From: Candidatus Bathyarchaeota archaeon
GTDB lineage: Archaea; Thermoproteota; Bathyarchaeia; 40CM-2-53-6
Reading direction: 5' to 3'
Assembly: GCA_005888755.1 (NCBI GenBank)
Contig: VBBQ01000027.1
Location: 5,178 to 69,177 of the forward strand
DNA: 64,000 bases
The notes under the pieces were generated by a model, which saw only the letters and a list, made by a program, of their open reading frames with translations, did not search any database and was not told the DNA's origin. Made by a program: the position numbers and the translations under genes. How positions within the stretch are numbered: the first letter of the stretch is position 1; each line of letters opens with the position of its first letter. Positions 56,785 through 64,000 of this stretch are shown here, piece by piece.

Positions 56785-57753
56785 GTGGAATTACGGAAAC
56801 TTCAGCGAACACCAGACGGAACCTTCCTAGTCACCATACCGAAAGCATGGGCCAAACGCGTCGGACTAGACCAAGGGTCCGTCGTTTCCTACGAGGAACG
56901 ACAAGACGGAAGACTCCTCCTCTCACCCAGAATTGATGAGGAGAGACCGCCCCTCGAAGTCATACTGGAAGCATCTCCCTTCGTCAGACGAGAGATCATT
57001 GAACGATACCTTCTCGGATACGACATAATCCGCATCCAATCCAAAGACAGCCTTTCCCCCGAAACAAGGGACGAGGTGCGGAAAACCACAAAACGACTCG
57101 TAGGTCTGGAGGTGTTGGAAGAGGACGCGAAGAAGATCGTCTTACAATGTCTAATGGAGCCATCTCTCCTAAACCCCGAGCGCATCCTCAGACGGCTCGA
57201 AATGCTATCCATGCCCATGCAAATAGACGCGGTCCAAGCCTTTGTCGAATCCAACACCGAACTAGCCAACGGAGTAGTTGAGAGAGATGAAGAGGTCGAC
57301 AGATGGTACTTCCTCTTGGTCCGACTAGTCAGAGCCGCGATCGCCGACACATACCTGCTTGAGAAGATCAAAGTCTCCTCAGTCGATTGCCTAGACTTCC
57401 GTCTCCTGGCAAGCTACATCGAGACATTCGCCGACTACGCAGTAACCGTAGCCGAGAACACCCAGGACAAGGTTCCTGTTCCAAAGGAACAACAGATCCT
57501 ATTCCAGAAGATCGGAGCCTCAGTAAATACAATGTACAAAGACGCCGTCGGATCTGTTCTCTCACGAGACCTCAAACTGGCCTCATCTGTAAGTCCGAGG
57601 TTCAAAGAGACCAAGAAGATACTTGCCGAGGCTGAGACAAGTATCGCGAAAGCCCCGCGTCCCATGGTAAACCACCTCGTCGCCGCACTCATAGCCCTGA
57701 ACAGAATGTGCGAAGTCTCCGTTGACATATCTGACCTCACCATAACAAGATAG
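56785..57753 (+). CDS. phosphate-uptake-regulator-like protein (AbrB/SpoVT swapped-hairpin N-domain plus two PhoU-like domains)
   Basis: N-terminal MELRKLQRTPDGTFLVTIPKAWAKRVGLDQGSVVSYEE, then two helical PhoU-like repeats. Confidence 0.68.
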   Translation: MELRKLQRTPDGTFLVTIPKAWAKRVGLDQGSVVSYEERQDGRLLLSPRIDEERPPLEVILEASPFVRREIIERYLLGYDIIRIQSKDSLSPETRDEVRKTTKRLVGLEVLEEDAKKIVLQCLMEPSLLNPERILRRLEMLSMPMQIDAVQAFVESNTELANGVVERDEEVDRWYFLLVRLVRAAIADTYLLEKIKVSSVDCLDFRLLASYIETFADYAVTVAENTQDKVPVPKEQQILFQKIGASVNTMYKDAVGSVLSRDLKLASSVSPRFKETKKILAEAETSIAKAPRPMVNHLVAALIALNRMCEVSVDISDLTITR

Positions 57754-57820
57754 GCAGCGAAATCGCGATAACCGGATAAGCCGCCACCACACGCTAGATA
57801 GGTTCTAGAAGGGTCGCCTG

Positions 57821-59329
57821 ATGTCGGAGGAGAGGAGGAAAGCAATCGGCACCATACTGGAAGCAGGCTTCCAGATGGAAAGCGACGCCTTCAAGGCCCT
57901 AATGGAGGTCAGCAGCGCTGGCCGGTTGGACCCTCTCGTCAAAGAGGTCCTTCGAGTCGCCGGAACCGTGGAGCCGCGGCCCGCGTCGATTAGCAGAGAC
58001 CTAGTTCTCAGGGCCGCCGAACATTTGGACATTTCTGGAAAGAATATGGAGACAGATCAGTCTGGCCTAGGGCACGGACGCCGTTTTGCTGAAGACCTCG
58101 AATCTAGACTCGAAGTTGTCTCGGACCCTACGGGTAAGCTCGGAACCACTGGCTCGTTCGATGATTTTCTCCGCTACTTCAGAAGCCGTTTCGATAAGAT
58201 GAGCTTGCTCTTCAGACAGAGAATGGACACCCGAAACGCCGGTACCATTTCCGACGCATTGTCAGGCGGGTCAAATGGGCGAGGCCAGTTCATCTGCATG
58301 GTCCTCGACAAGAGAGAGAAAGGCGACCGGATATTTCTGACCGTTGACGACTATGAAGATGAAGCCACAGTCCTCGTTGGACAGCAGAACCCTACACAGT
58401 ATGAGATTGCGAGAAAGATAGTTAGAGACCAAGTCATCTACATCCAAGCACGAAAAAGCGCAGGTCCTCTACTCGTTGCCGAGAACATTGTTCTCCCGGA
58501 GATTCCGGATAGAAAGCCGGCCCACGCCAACGACGAGATCTATGCAACACTAATATCGGACGTTCATGTTGGGAGCAAAGTCTTTCTCGAGGACGAGTTC
58601 CGCCGAGTTCTAAGCTGGTTGAAAGGCGATATCGGAACTCCCAACCAGCGTGAGGTCGCCGAGAGAGTGAAGTATGTTCTGATCGGGGGCGACCTTGTCG
58701 ACGGGATCGGAGTCTACCCTCGCCAAGAGGTGGACCTAGCTGTTCCAGACATCTACGAACAGTACAGGTTGGCAGCCAAGTTCGTCAGCGAGATCCCAGA
58801 GTACATGGATGTGGTCTTGATACCCGGGAACCACGATGCTGTACGCCAGGCCTTACCGCAGCCCGCCATCCCGAAAGATTTCGCGGGACCCGTATATGAC
58901 TCACGGAAGATTACCTCGCTAGGAGATCCGGCCGAGGTTCGCTTGCACGGAGTCCACTTTCTACTCTACCATGGGACCAGCCTGATGGATATTCTGAGCG
59001 GGGTCCCTGGCCTTGACTATCAACGTCCCGTGGAGGTCATGGAGTATCAACTTCGAGCCCGGCACCTATCACCAGAGTATGGGAAGATGACGCCTATTGG
59101 TCCCGAGCAGGAGGATTTCCTGGTGGTGGAACGGGTCCCGGACGTTTTCACGTCCGGACACATTCACGTCTCAGGTGCAGGCGTTTACAGGGGAACAACA
59201 ATAGTGAACAGCGGCGCGTGGCAAGGACAGACAGACTACCAGAAACGAATGGGGTTAATCCCGAAGCCTGGAATTCTTCCCGTCGTTAACCTGAAGACTC
59301 TCGAGGTCAAGATGATCAACTTCCAGTGA
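57821..59329 (+). CDS. DNA polymerase II (PolD) small subunit DP1, calcineurin-like phosphoesterase/exonuclease
   Basis: ISDVHVGSKVF, IGGDLVDG, LIPGNHD and SGHIHV metallophosphoesterase motifs, in the arrangement typical of DP1. 502 aa. Confidence 0.8.
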   Translation: MSEERRKAIGTILEAGFQMESDAFKALMEVSSAGRLDPLVKEVLRVAGTVEPRPASISRDLVLRAAEHLDISGKNMETDQSGLGHGRRFAEDLESRLEVVSDPTGKLGTTGSFDDFLRYFRSRFDKMSLLFRQRMDTRNAGTISDALSGGSNGRGQFICMVLDKREKGDRIFLTVDDYEDEATVLVGQQNPTQYEIARKIVRDQVIYIQARKSAGPLLVAENIVLPEIPDRKPAHANDEIYATLISDVHVGSKVFLEDEFRRVLSWLKGDIGTPNQREVAERVKYVLIGGDLVDGIGVYPRQEVDLAVPDIYEQYRLAAKFVSEIPEYMDVVLIPGNHDAVRQALPQPAIPKDFAGPVYDSRKITSLGDPAEVRLHGVHFLLYHGTSLMDILSGVPGLDYQRPVEVMEYQLRARHLSPEYGKMTPIGPEQEDFLVVERVPDVFTSGHIHVSGAGVYRGTTIVNSGAWQGQTDYQKRMGLIPKPGILPVVNLKTLEVKMINFQ

Positions 59330-59870
59330 CCATACCAAAGCCCTCTTGGGATCTAAGAGTGACTTCGCGCTCTACATCCGGAAGCCAGAGCAACCGCAAC
59401 CCCCCCACCACTCTTTCCACTGCAACTCCTCGACTTACTTTGGGTTTGGATTTTTTGTTTTGGAAAAACTTACTGGCAAGGTTAACTGGGCTTCTAATTA
59501 TTTATGCAGACCTGTACATTTTTGTCCACTAATCTGTCCCTAAGTTTGTACGAGACAGTTGGTTAAGGAGTCTTAATGTCGGTCTCACAGATCTCCATAG
59601 GAAGGAGAGGGGTACGGGTCTGGAGCGACTAGTCGCCGACTAGTTGAACAACGATGGTTCTGTCTCTCGGTCTAATGTCCAGTTCCAGAAAGACGATTTG
59701 TTGCAAGGTTCCATCATGCCACCGATTCTCGTGTTCGTAGGGCGCGTCCTTTGGTGCAAGTCTTTCGAGGGCTAGGGGAAAGTCGGTTAGAAGTCCAGGC
59801 TCATATTCGATCGTGGTTAGGGCTCCTGTTGATCCGGGCACGAACAAGGTAGCGAATCCATCTTTCAGCC

Positions 59871-60416
59871 TTGAGGATTCGACTATTCTACAGGCAAGGA
59901 ATTAAGAATGAAACCTGTCCCTCGGCTGACAGGTTCAATGTCTTGTCCAAAGGAACTGGCCCAAAAGAGCTCTACGTGAAGAAGATCCGTAACGGTACAG
60001 TGATCGACCACATTCTGGCCGGTCATGCTTTGGACGTGCTCAAGATTCTCGGAATACACGGGGGTGAGGGACACATCGTGAGTGTGGCGATGAATGTGAT
60101 CTCGAAGAAGCAGATCAAGAAGGACATTGTCAAGGTCGAGAATAGAGAGCTCAAACCCGGTGAAGTGGACAAGATAGCATTGATAGCGCCCAGCGCGACC
60201 ATCAGCATTATTCGAGACTATGAGGTGGCTGAGAAGACAAGGGTTAAGCTGCCTGAGTCTATCAGGGGAATTGTTCGTTGTTCAAATCCTGCGTGTGTTT
60301 CGAATGCTGAGCCTGTTGAGCCAAAGTTCAGTGTGGAAAGACAGGACCCTCTTCGGCTCCGCTGCTACTATTGTGTTCGGATAATGGAGAAGACCGATGT
60401 TCTCAAACAGTTCTAG
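59871..60416 (+). CDS. pyrI: aspartate carbamoyltransferase regulatory subunit (start codon uncertain)
   Basis: ...KIRNGTVIDHILAGHALDVLKILGI...DKIALIAPSATISIIRDYEV and the C-terminal zinc domain CSNPACVS...LRCYYC. Confidence 0.75.
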   Translation: MRIRLFYRQGIKNETCPSADRFNVLSKGTGPKELYVKKIRNGTVIDHILAGHALDVLKILGIHGGEGHIVSVAMNVISKKQIKKDIVKVENRELKPGEVDKIALIAPSATISIIRDYEVAEKTRVKLPESIRGIVRCSNPACVSNAEPVEPKFSVERQDPLRLRCYYCVRIMEKTDVLKQF

Positions 60417-61083
60417 CAGTGAACTCTCACCGATCGAGCAGGAAAAAGCGGTTAAAGAGCTACAGGCACTCTACGGAGAGAGACGCGATGCTATTCAGAA
60501 GCGTCTGCGAGAGTTCAAAGAGATTCTCGATCGCAATGACGATGATGTATTCGCTGAACTATGCTTCTGTCTCCTGACACCACAGTCGTCCGCGAAAACC
60601 TGCTGGGCCGCAGTGTCCCGACTGAAAGAACGAAGCCTTCTCCTGAAAGGAGAGGCTAACGAGATTCAACCGCAACTAAACGACGTCCGGTTCGGTGACA
60701 GCAAGGCGAAGTATATTGTTGAGGCTAGACACTTGTTCACCAAAGATGGGAAGCTCTACCTCAAATCCCATCTTTCCAGCTTCGCTAACCTGTTCGAGTT
60801 GAGAGAGTGGATGGCGGAGAACGTGAAGGGATTGGGGTACAAGGAAGCCAGCCATTTTCTCCGGAATATAGGGCTCGGGGAGGAATTTGCTATTCTTGAC
60901 AGGCATATTCTGCGAAACCTCAAGAGAATGGAGGTTATCTCTGAGGTGCCGGTCTCGATCACGAAGAAGCGTTATCTTGAGATAGAGGAGAAGCTTCGTC
61001 GTTTCTCGCGTGACATACGAATACCGTTGGCCGATCTTGATCTCTTGTTCTGGTCGCGTGAAACAGGCTGGATATTCAAGTAG
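60397..61083 (+). CDS. archaeal 8-oxoguanine DNA glycosylase / N-glycosylase-DNA lyase (Ogg2-type HhH-GPD)
   Basis: FAELCFCLLTPQSSAKTCW and HhH GLGYKEASHFLRNIGL..AILDRHI motifs. Confidence 0.8.
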   Translation: MFSNSSSSELSPIEQEKAVKELQALYGERRDAIQKRLREFKEILDRNDDDVFAELCFCLLTPQSSAKTCWAAVSRLKERSLLLKGEANEIQPQLNDVRFGDSKAKYIVEARHLFTKDGKLYLKSHLSSFANLFELREWMAENVKGLGYKEASHFLRNIGLGEEFAILDRHILRNLKRMEVISEVPVSITKKRYLEIEEKLRRFSRDIRIPLADLDLLFWSRETGWIFK

Positions 61084-61094
61084 GTAGATGAATT

Positions 61095-61415
61095 ATGGGG
61101 AAAATTGGTGTCATCGCGGACAAGGAGACAGCGATATACTTCAAGCTCGGTGGGGTCAAGAACAGCTGGGTTGTGAAATCCGAAGACGAGGCTGTGAAGA
61201 CATTTGAAGACATCAAGAGCAAACAGACCGTCTCCCTCGTCATCGTTACAGACACTGTCTTCGACTGGATCAAGGACAAGGTTGGACAAGGGAAGAAGGA
61301 AATCGAGCTGCCACTGGTTGTATCGATTCCAACAAGGCGCGGCGGCAAGTCCCAGGTTGACCTACTAGCTGATCTGATCAAGAGAACTGTAGGCGTGGAA
61401 ATCAGGGTACAATAG
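61095..61415 (+). CDS. atpF: V/A-type ATP synthase subunit F
   Basis: MGKIGVIADKETAIYFKLGGV...SLVIVTDTVFDWI...ELPLVVSIP...VGVEIRV aligns along its length with archaeal A1A0 subunit F. Confidence 0.65.
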   Translation: MGKIGVIADKETAIYFKLGGVKNSWVVKSEDEAVKTFEDIKSKQTVSLVIVTDTVFDWIKDKVGQGKKEIELPLVVSIPTRRGGKSQVDLLADLIKRTVGVEIRVQ

Positions 61416-62065
61416 GAATCACCGGTAAAATCGCCCATTATCAGCCCTAATCTCGAATCTGGTAGGTCCACTTAACAACCCGCCAAGATTCACTGGGCCA
61501 GTCGGGTTTTTCGCCGAGGCGTCCGAGCCTGTATTGTGCCCTGATCAGCCGGACTCGCCCGGGATCCCTACCAGTCAGGCAGTGTTCTAGAAATAAGGGA
61601 GTCTTAGCGACTCGACCTCGCGTCGGGTAAGAGGTTTCCGCGGACCCCTGTAAAAGTAAACCACGGGCCAATGATCGAGTTTTTGGTTCGTCCAGTTGAA
61701 ATCATTGTACGAGAACCCTTAATCTCGACGGAGTTTTCGTACAACATTGTTTCGACAGGAACGGTACGTACTTCTCAGAATAAAAGGGGATGCCTTTTAC
61801 CAATCTTCACTAATCAGGGGGAAACGGGTTTTGGTCAGTCATTCCCATTTTTGAGGCTTGCTCTCGCCTGCATTTGCGCTTTGGATGTCACAACCGAGAC
61901 AATCCCCCGTTCTCAATCCCTCCATCCAGGTTCCATTTAGGGGACGGAAGAGTGGGGAGTGCGACCTACAGGATAGATTCGTAAGAACCGGACGGACGCG
62001 GAATCCGAGCTGACACGTTAAGATCGAATTCTTGGGTTGTTGCTGGCTGGAAAGAGCCGAACGGC

Positions 62066-63316
62066 TTAGGGCTGATTCACGTTGGAACCAGAGTCGTCTT
62101 GGCTGGGACCGCCATCTCTCGAGAAGATGTAGACAGCGCCTGCCCATAATTGTCCGTTCACGGCTTGGCAAGGAGCTCCCGCGAACACGCGATCTTTGGA
62201 TGAGTCGACTTCATTTCCAAGACAGCCGAAGCTTCCCGAAACTCCAGTTTCCGGGCTAGCCAGTGTGCTCTTCAATTTTCCTGATTCCGCGCCGAAGACG
62301 TAGACTCGACCGGCGGTAGTTGTGCTGACAGGGTCGTAGGGAGCCCCCACGATCAAACTGTTACCCGCAAGCGTGATGGAACGTCCGAAGCCATCTGACG
62401 AGTTAGGGACTAGAGCGTTAGTGTTAGGGCTGGTGAAATTCTTGACAGGCGCACCTGTCGCTAAATCGAAGACGTAGACCCTACCAAAGAACGTAACCCC
62501 GTCCACGGTCTCGAATGGAGACCCGACAAACGCCCGGTCATCCTTCACAGCAACGGAAGATCCAAAGTAAGACACCAATGGTGAGTTGGGCGAAACTAGA
62601 GTACTAACCAGCGCGCCGGTTGAGATATTGAACACATACGCTCGGCCGGAGAGTTGGTTCTCTGCGGGAGCGCCAACGATGACATGGTCGTCTGCAATAT
62701 TGACCCTGGCCCCAAAAGCGCCGCCAAAGTTGGATCTATCTCCAACAGGATTCGGAGTAGCTAGATTCATGATTTCCGTCCCTGTCCGTATGTCAAGGAC
62801 GTGAACACGTCCAGCCTGCACACCATCCACCATCTCAAAGGGGGCTCCGACGGCCAAGAGTCCGTCCGCCACATCTACAGCCCTCCCAAAATCTCCCAAG
62901 TGCTCGGGGCTAGTACTCAAAAGCGTCTTTAGCAGTGCACCAGTTCCGAGGTTGAAGATGTAGACTCGGCCGGCACTGCCAACCCCGTTGACAGTCTCTC
63001 CTGGAGCACCAACAAACAGAAGGCTGCCCGATATCTCGACAGACCAGCCAAACTCTCCTCCTGACTGGCTGACGCTCGGACTAACGAGTGTCCTAATCAG
63101 AGACCCACTGACGCCATCATACAGTAAGACTTCTCCCTGCTGTCCGTTGTACAAAGAGTCGCCGACTGCCAAAAAGCCGTTTGCAGCGTCTATAGTTCCT
63201 CCGAACATATCGTATGATGCGGGGTTGGAGTTGTGAATAATGATAACAGAGGAGGAAGCTGGAGACGCGACCATCAAGAAGCTGAGAAGGAGTACAGAAA
63301 CAACCGTGACGCTCAT
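62066..63316 (-). CDS. secreted FG-GAP / integrin-alpha-like beta-propeller repeat protein
   Basis: Signal peptide followed by at least six repeats of the FGxxVxxxxDxxxVGAP(x)E type (GEFGWSVEISGSLLFVGAPGE, GDFGRAVDVADGLLAVGAPFE, GAFGARVNIADDHVIVGAPAE and so on). Confidence 0.75.
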   Translation of the reverse strand: MSVTVVSVLLLSFLMVASPASSSVIIIHNSNPASYDMFGGTIDAANGFLAVGDSLYNGQQGEVLLYDGVSGSLIRTLVSPSVSQSGGEFGWSVEISGSLLFVGAPGETVNGVGSAGRVYIFNLGTGALLKTLLSTSPEHLGDFGRAVDVADGLLAVGAPFEMVDGVQAGRVHVLDIRTGTEIMNLATPNPVGDRSNFGGAFGARVNIADDHVIVGAPAENQLSGRAYVFNISTGALVSTLVSPNSPLVSYFGSSVAVKDDRAFVGSPFETVDGVTFFGRVYVFDLATGAPVKNFTSPNTNALVPNSSDGFGRSITLAGNSLIVGAPYDPVSTTTAGRVYVFGAESGKLKSTLASPETGVSGSFGCLGNEVDSSKDRVFAGAPCQAVNGQLWAGAVYIFSRDGGPSQDDSGSNVNQP

Positions 63317-63511
63317 CTAATCATCCATCGAATAACGAAGGCTCCGCGCAGATATAGCTGCCGATTAGCAACGAATCACAAAGCCTCAACCCGAAGCGTT
63401 CCTATGCGCTCCATCGCTGGATAGCCAAAGAAACAAGCCAAGACGCGCAAGCCTTTGCGGGAATTAGCGGCTTGAAACGACTCGAACCACAACGTTTAGT
63501 GGATTCGTGTA

Positions 63512-63554
63512 TTCCACACGAAATTCTCGACGCGAACCCTTAATTCCACTGGAA
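63512..63554. promoter_or_regulatory. ORB / mini-ORB-like elements (TTCCACACGAAA and TTCCACTGGAA) upstream of orc1/cdc6
   Basis: Two TTCCAC-N2-3-GAA motifs 20 bp apart, the first within the inverted repeat ATTCGTGT...ACACGAAT. Both lie within 80 bp of the predicted orc1/cdc6 start. Confidence 0.35.
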
Positions 63555-63588
63555 GCCGGCTCGCAGAAAACCGGACCGGTCTCAGATT

Positions 63589-64000
63589 TTGTCGCAACAG
63601 GGTTTAGATCTGATCTTCGAAAGAGTCCTTTCCGGAGGAGAAGTCTTCCGCGACAGAAACCTCCTCAGACACGACTACATGCCCGCAACACTTCCACACA
63701 GGGAAGAGCAGATCCGCCGACTAGGATCAGTGCTCGCTCCCGCCCTAACGAAAGATCGAGTCTCAAACCTTTTCGCCTATGGCAAAACTGGCACCGGAAA
63801 AACAATCGTGACCAAGTTTGTCCTCGATCGTCTACAGCGAAAAGCTCGCGAACATGGACGAGCACTTGACACGAGCTACGTCAACTGCCGTCTCTCAGGA
63901 ACAAACTACAGAGTCATCGCCGACCTCTGCCGCTCTCTCGGTCGAGAAGTCCCGTTTACTGGATTAGCAGTCGGTGAGCTCCTGGACCGGTTCAGAAGCG
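63589..64000 (+). CDS. Orc1/Cdc6 replication initiator, N-terminal part; continues beyond the window end; probable TTG start
   Basis: Frame 1 translation ...FRDRNLLRHDYMPATLPHREEQIRRLGSVLAPAL...NLFAYGKTGTGKTIVTKFVLDRL (Walker A). There is an in-frame TAA at 63541 and no ATG before the conserved region. Confidence 0.8.
   Translation, partial: MSQQGLDLIFERVLSGGEVFRDRNLLRHDYMPATLPHREEQIRRLGSVLAPALTKDRVSNLFAYGKTGTGKTIVTKFVLDRLQRKAREHGRALDTSYVNCRLSGTNYRVIADLCRSLGREVPFTGLAVGELLDRFRS

Noticed and set aside
62040-62075. CCGAACGGCUUAGGG string resembling RNase P RNA CR-IV (ACAGAAcccGGCUUA)
   Set aside because: It overlaps the stop codon and C-terminal codons of the FG-GAP protein gene on the other strand, and the other RNase P conserved regions are not in register.
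1-64000. CRISPR arrays, integrases or phage blocks
   Set aside because: No direct-repeat and spacer periodicity, no tyrosine/serine recombinase and no capsid or terminase-like ORFs were seen anywhere in the window. The only mobile element is the tnpB-only IS605-family insertion at 22880-24228 (plus a solo right-end fragment at 4036-4115).

Overview
This window looks like an archaeal chromosomal segment of about 52% GC with a mostly housekeeping and metabolic gene complement. At the left edge is the 5' end of nadC. Next comes a cobalt/nickel module: methylmalonyl-CoA mutase B12-binding subunit, a NiCoT nickel/cobalt transporter and a divergent NikR. Beyond that are many small-molecule enzymes (SDRs, arylamine N-acetyltransferase, M32 carboxypeptidase, acetolactate-synthase-like TPP enzyme, cystathionine gamma-synthase family, formimidoyltransferase-cyclodeaminase, acyl-CoA dehydrogenase, F420/LLM oxidoreductase, PPK2). 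Two ABC exporter pairs and an MFS exporter are present. Archaeal information-processing genes include tRNA Cm56 methyltransferase (Trm56), TFE, MBF1, NAC, HflX, PolD small subunit, Ogg, PyrB and an unlinked PyrI, and a lone V/A-ATPase subunit F. The start of orc1/cdc6 sits at the right edge. One IS200/IS605-type TnpB element lies immediately upstream of mbf1, and a second solo copy of its right-end/omega-RNA-like sequence is embedded in the 5' part of a methyltransferase ORF. Three small enzyme genes (RibD_C/DHFR-like, GNAT, PPOX-family) carry one or several frameshifts while all long genes are intact. A 127-nt tRNA-Pro(CGG)-like gene carries about 50 nt of extra sequence in its 5' half. An NrdD (class III RNR)-family protein has an unusual wHTH plus ATP-cone N-terminus and no activase nearby. 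ORB-like motifs precede orc1/cdc6. Two ORF-poor gaps (59.3-59.9 kb and 61.4-62.1 kb) could hide ncRNAs. No CRISPR array or obvious defence island was found. All functional calls rest on motif-level recognition in the supplied translations, not on database searches.
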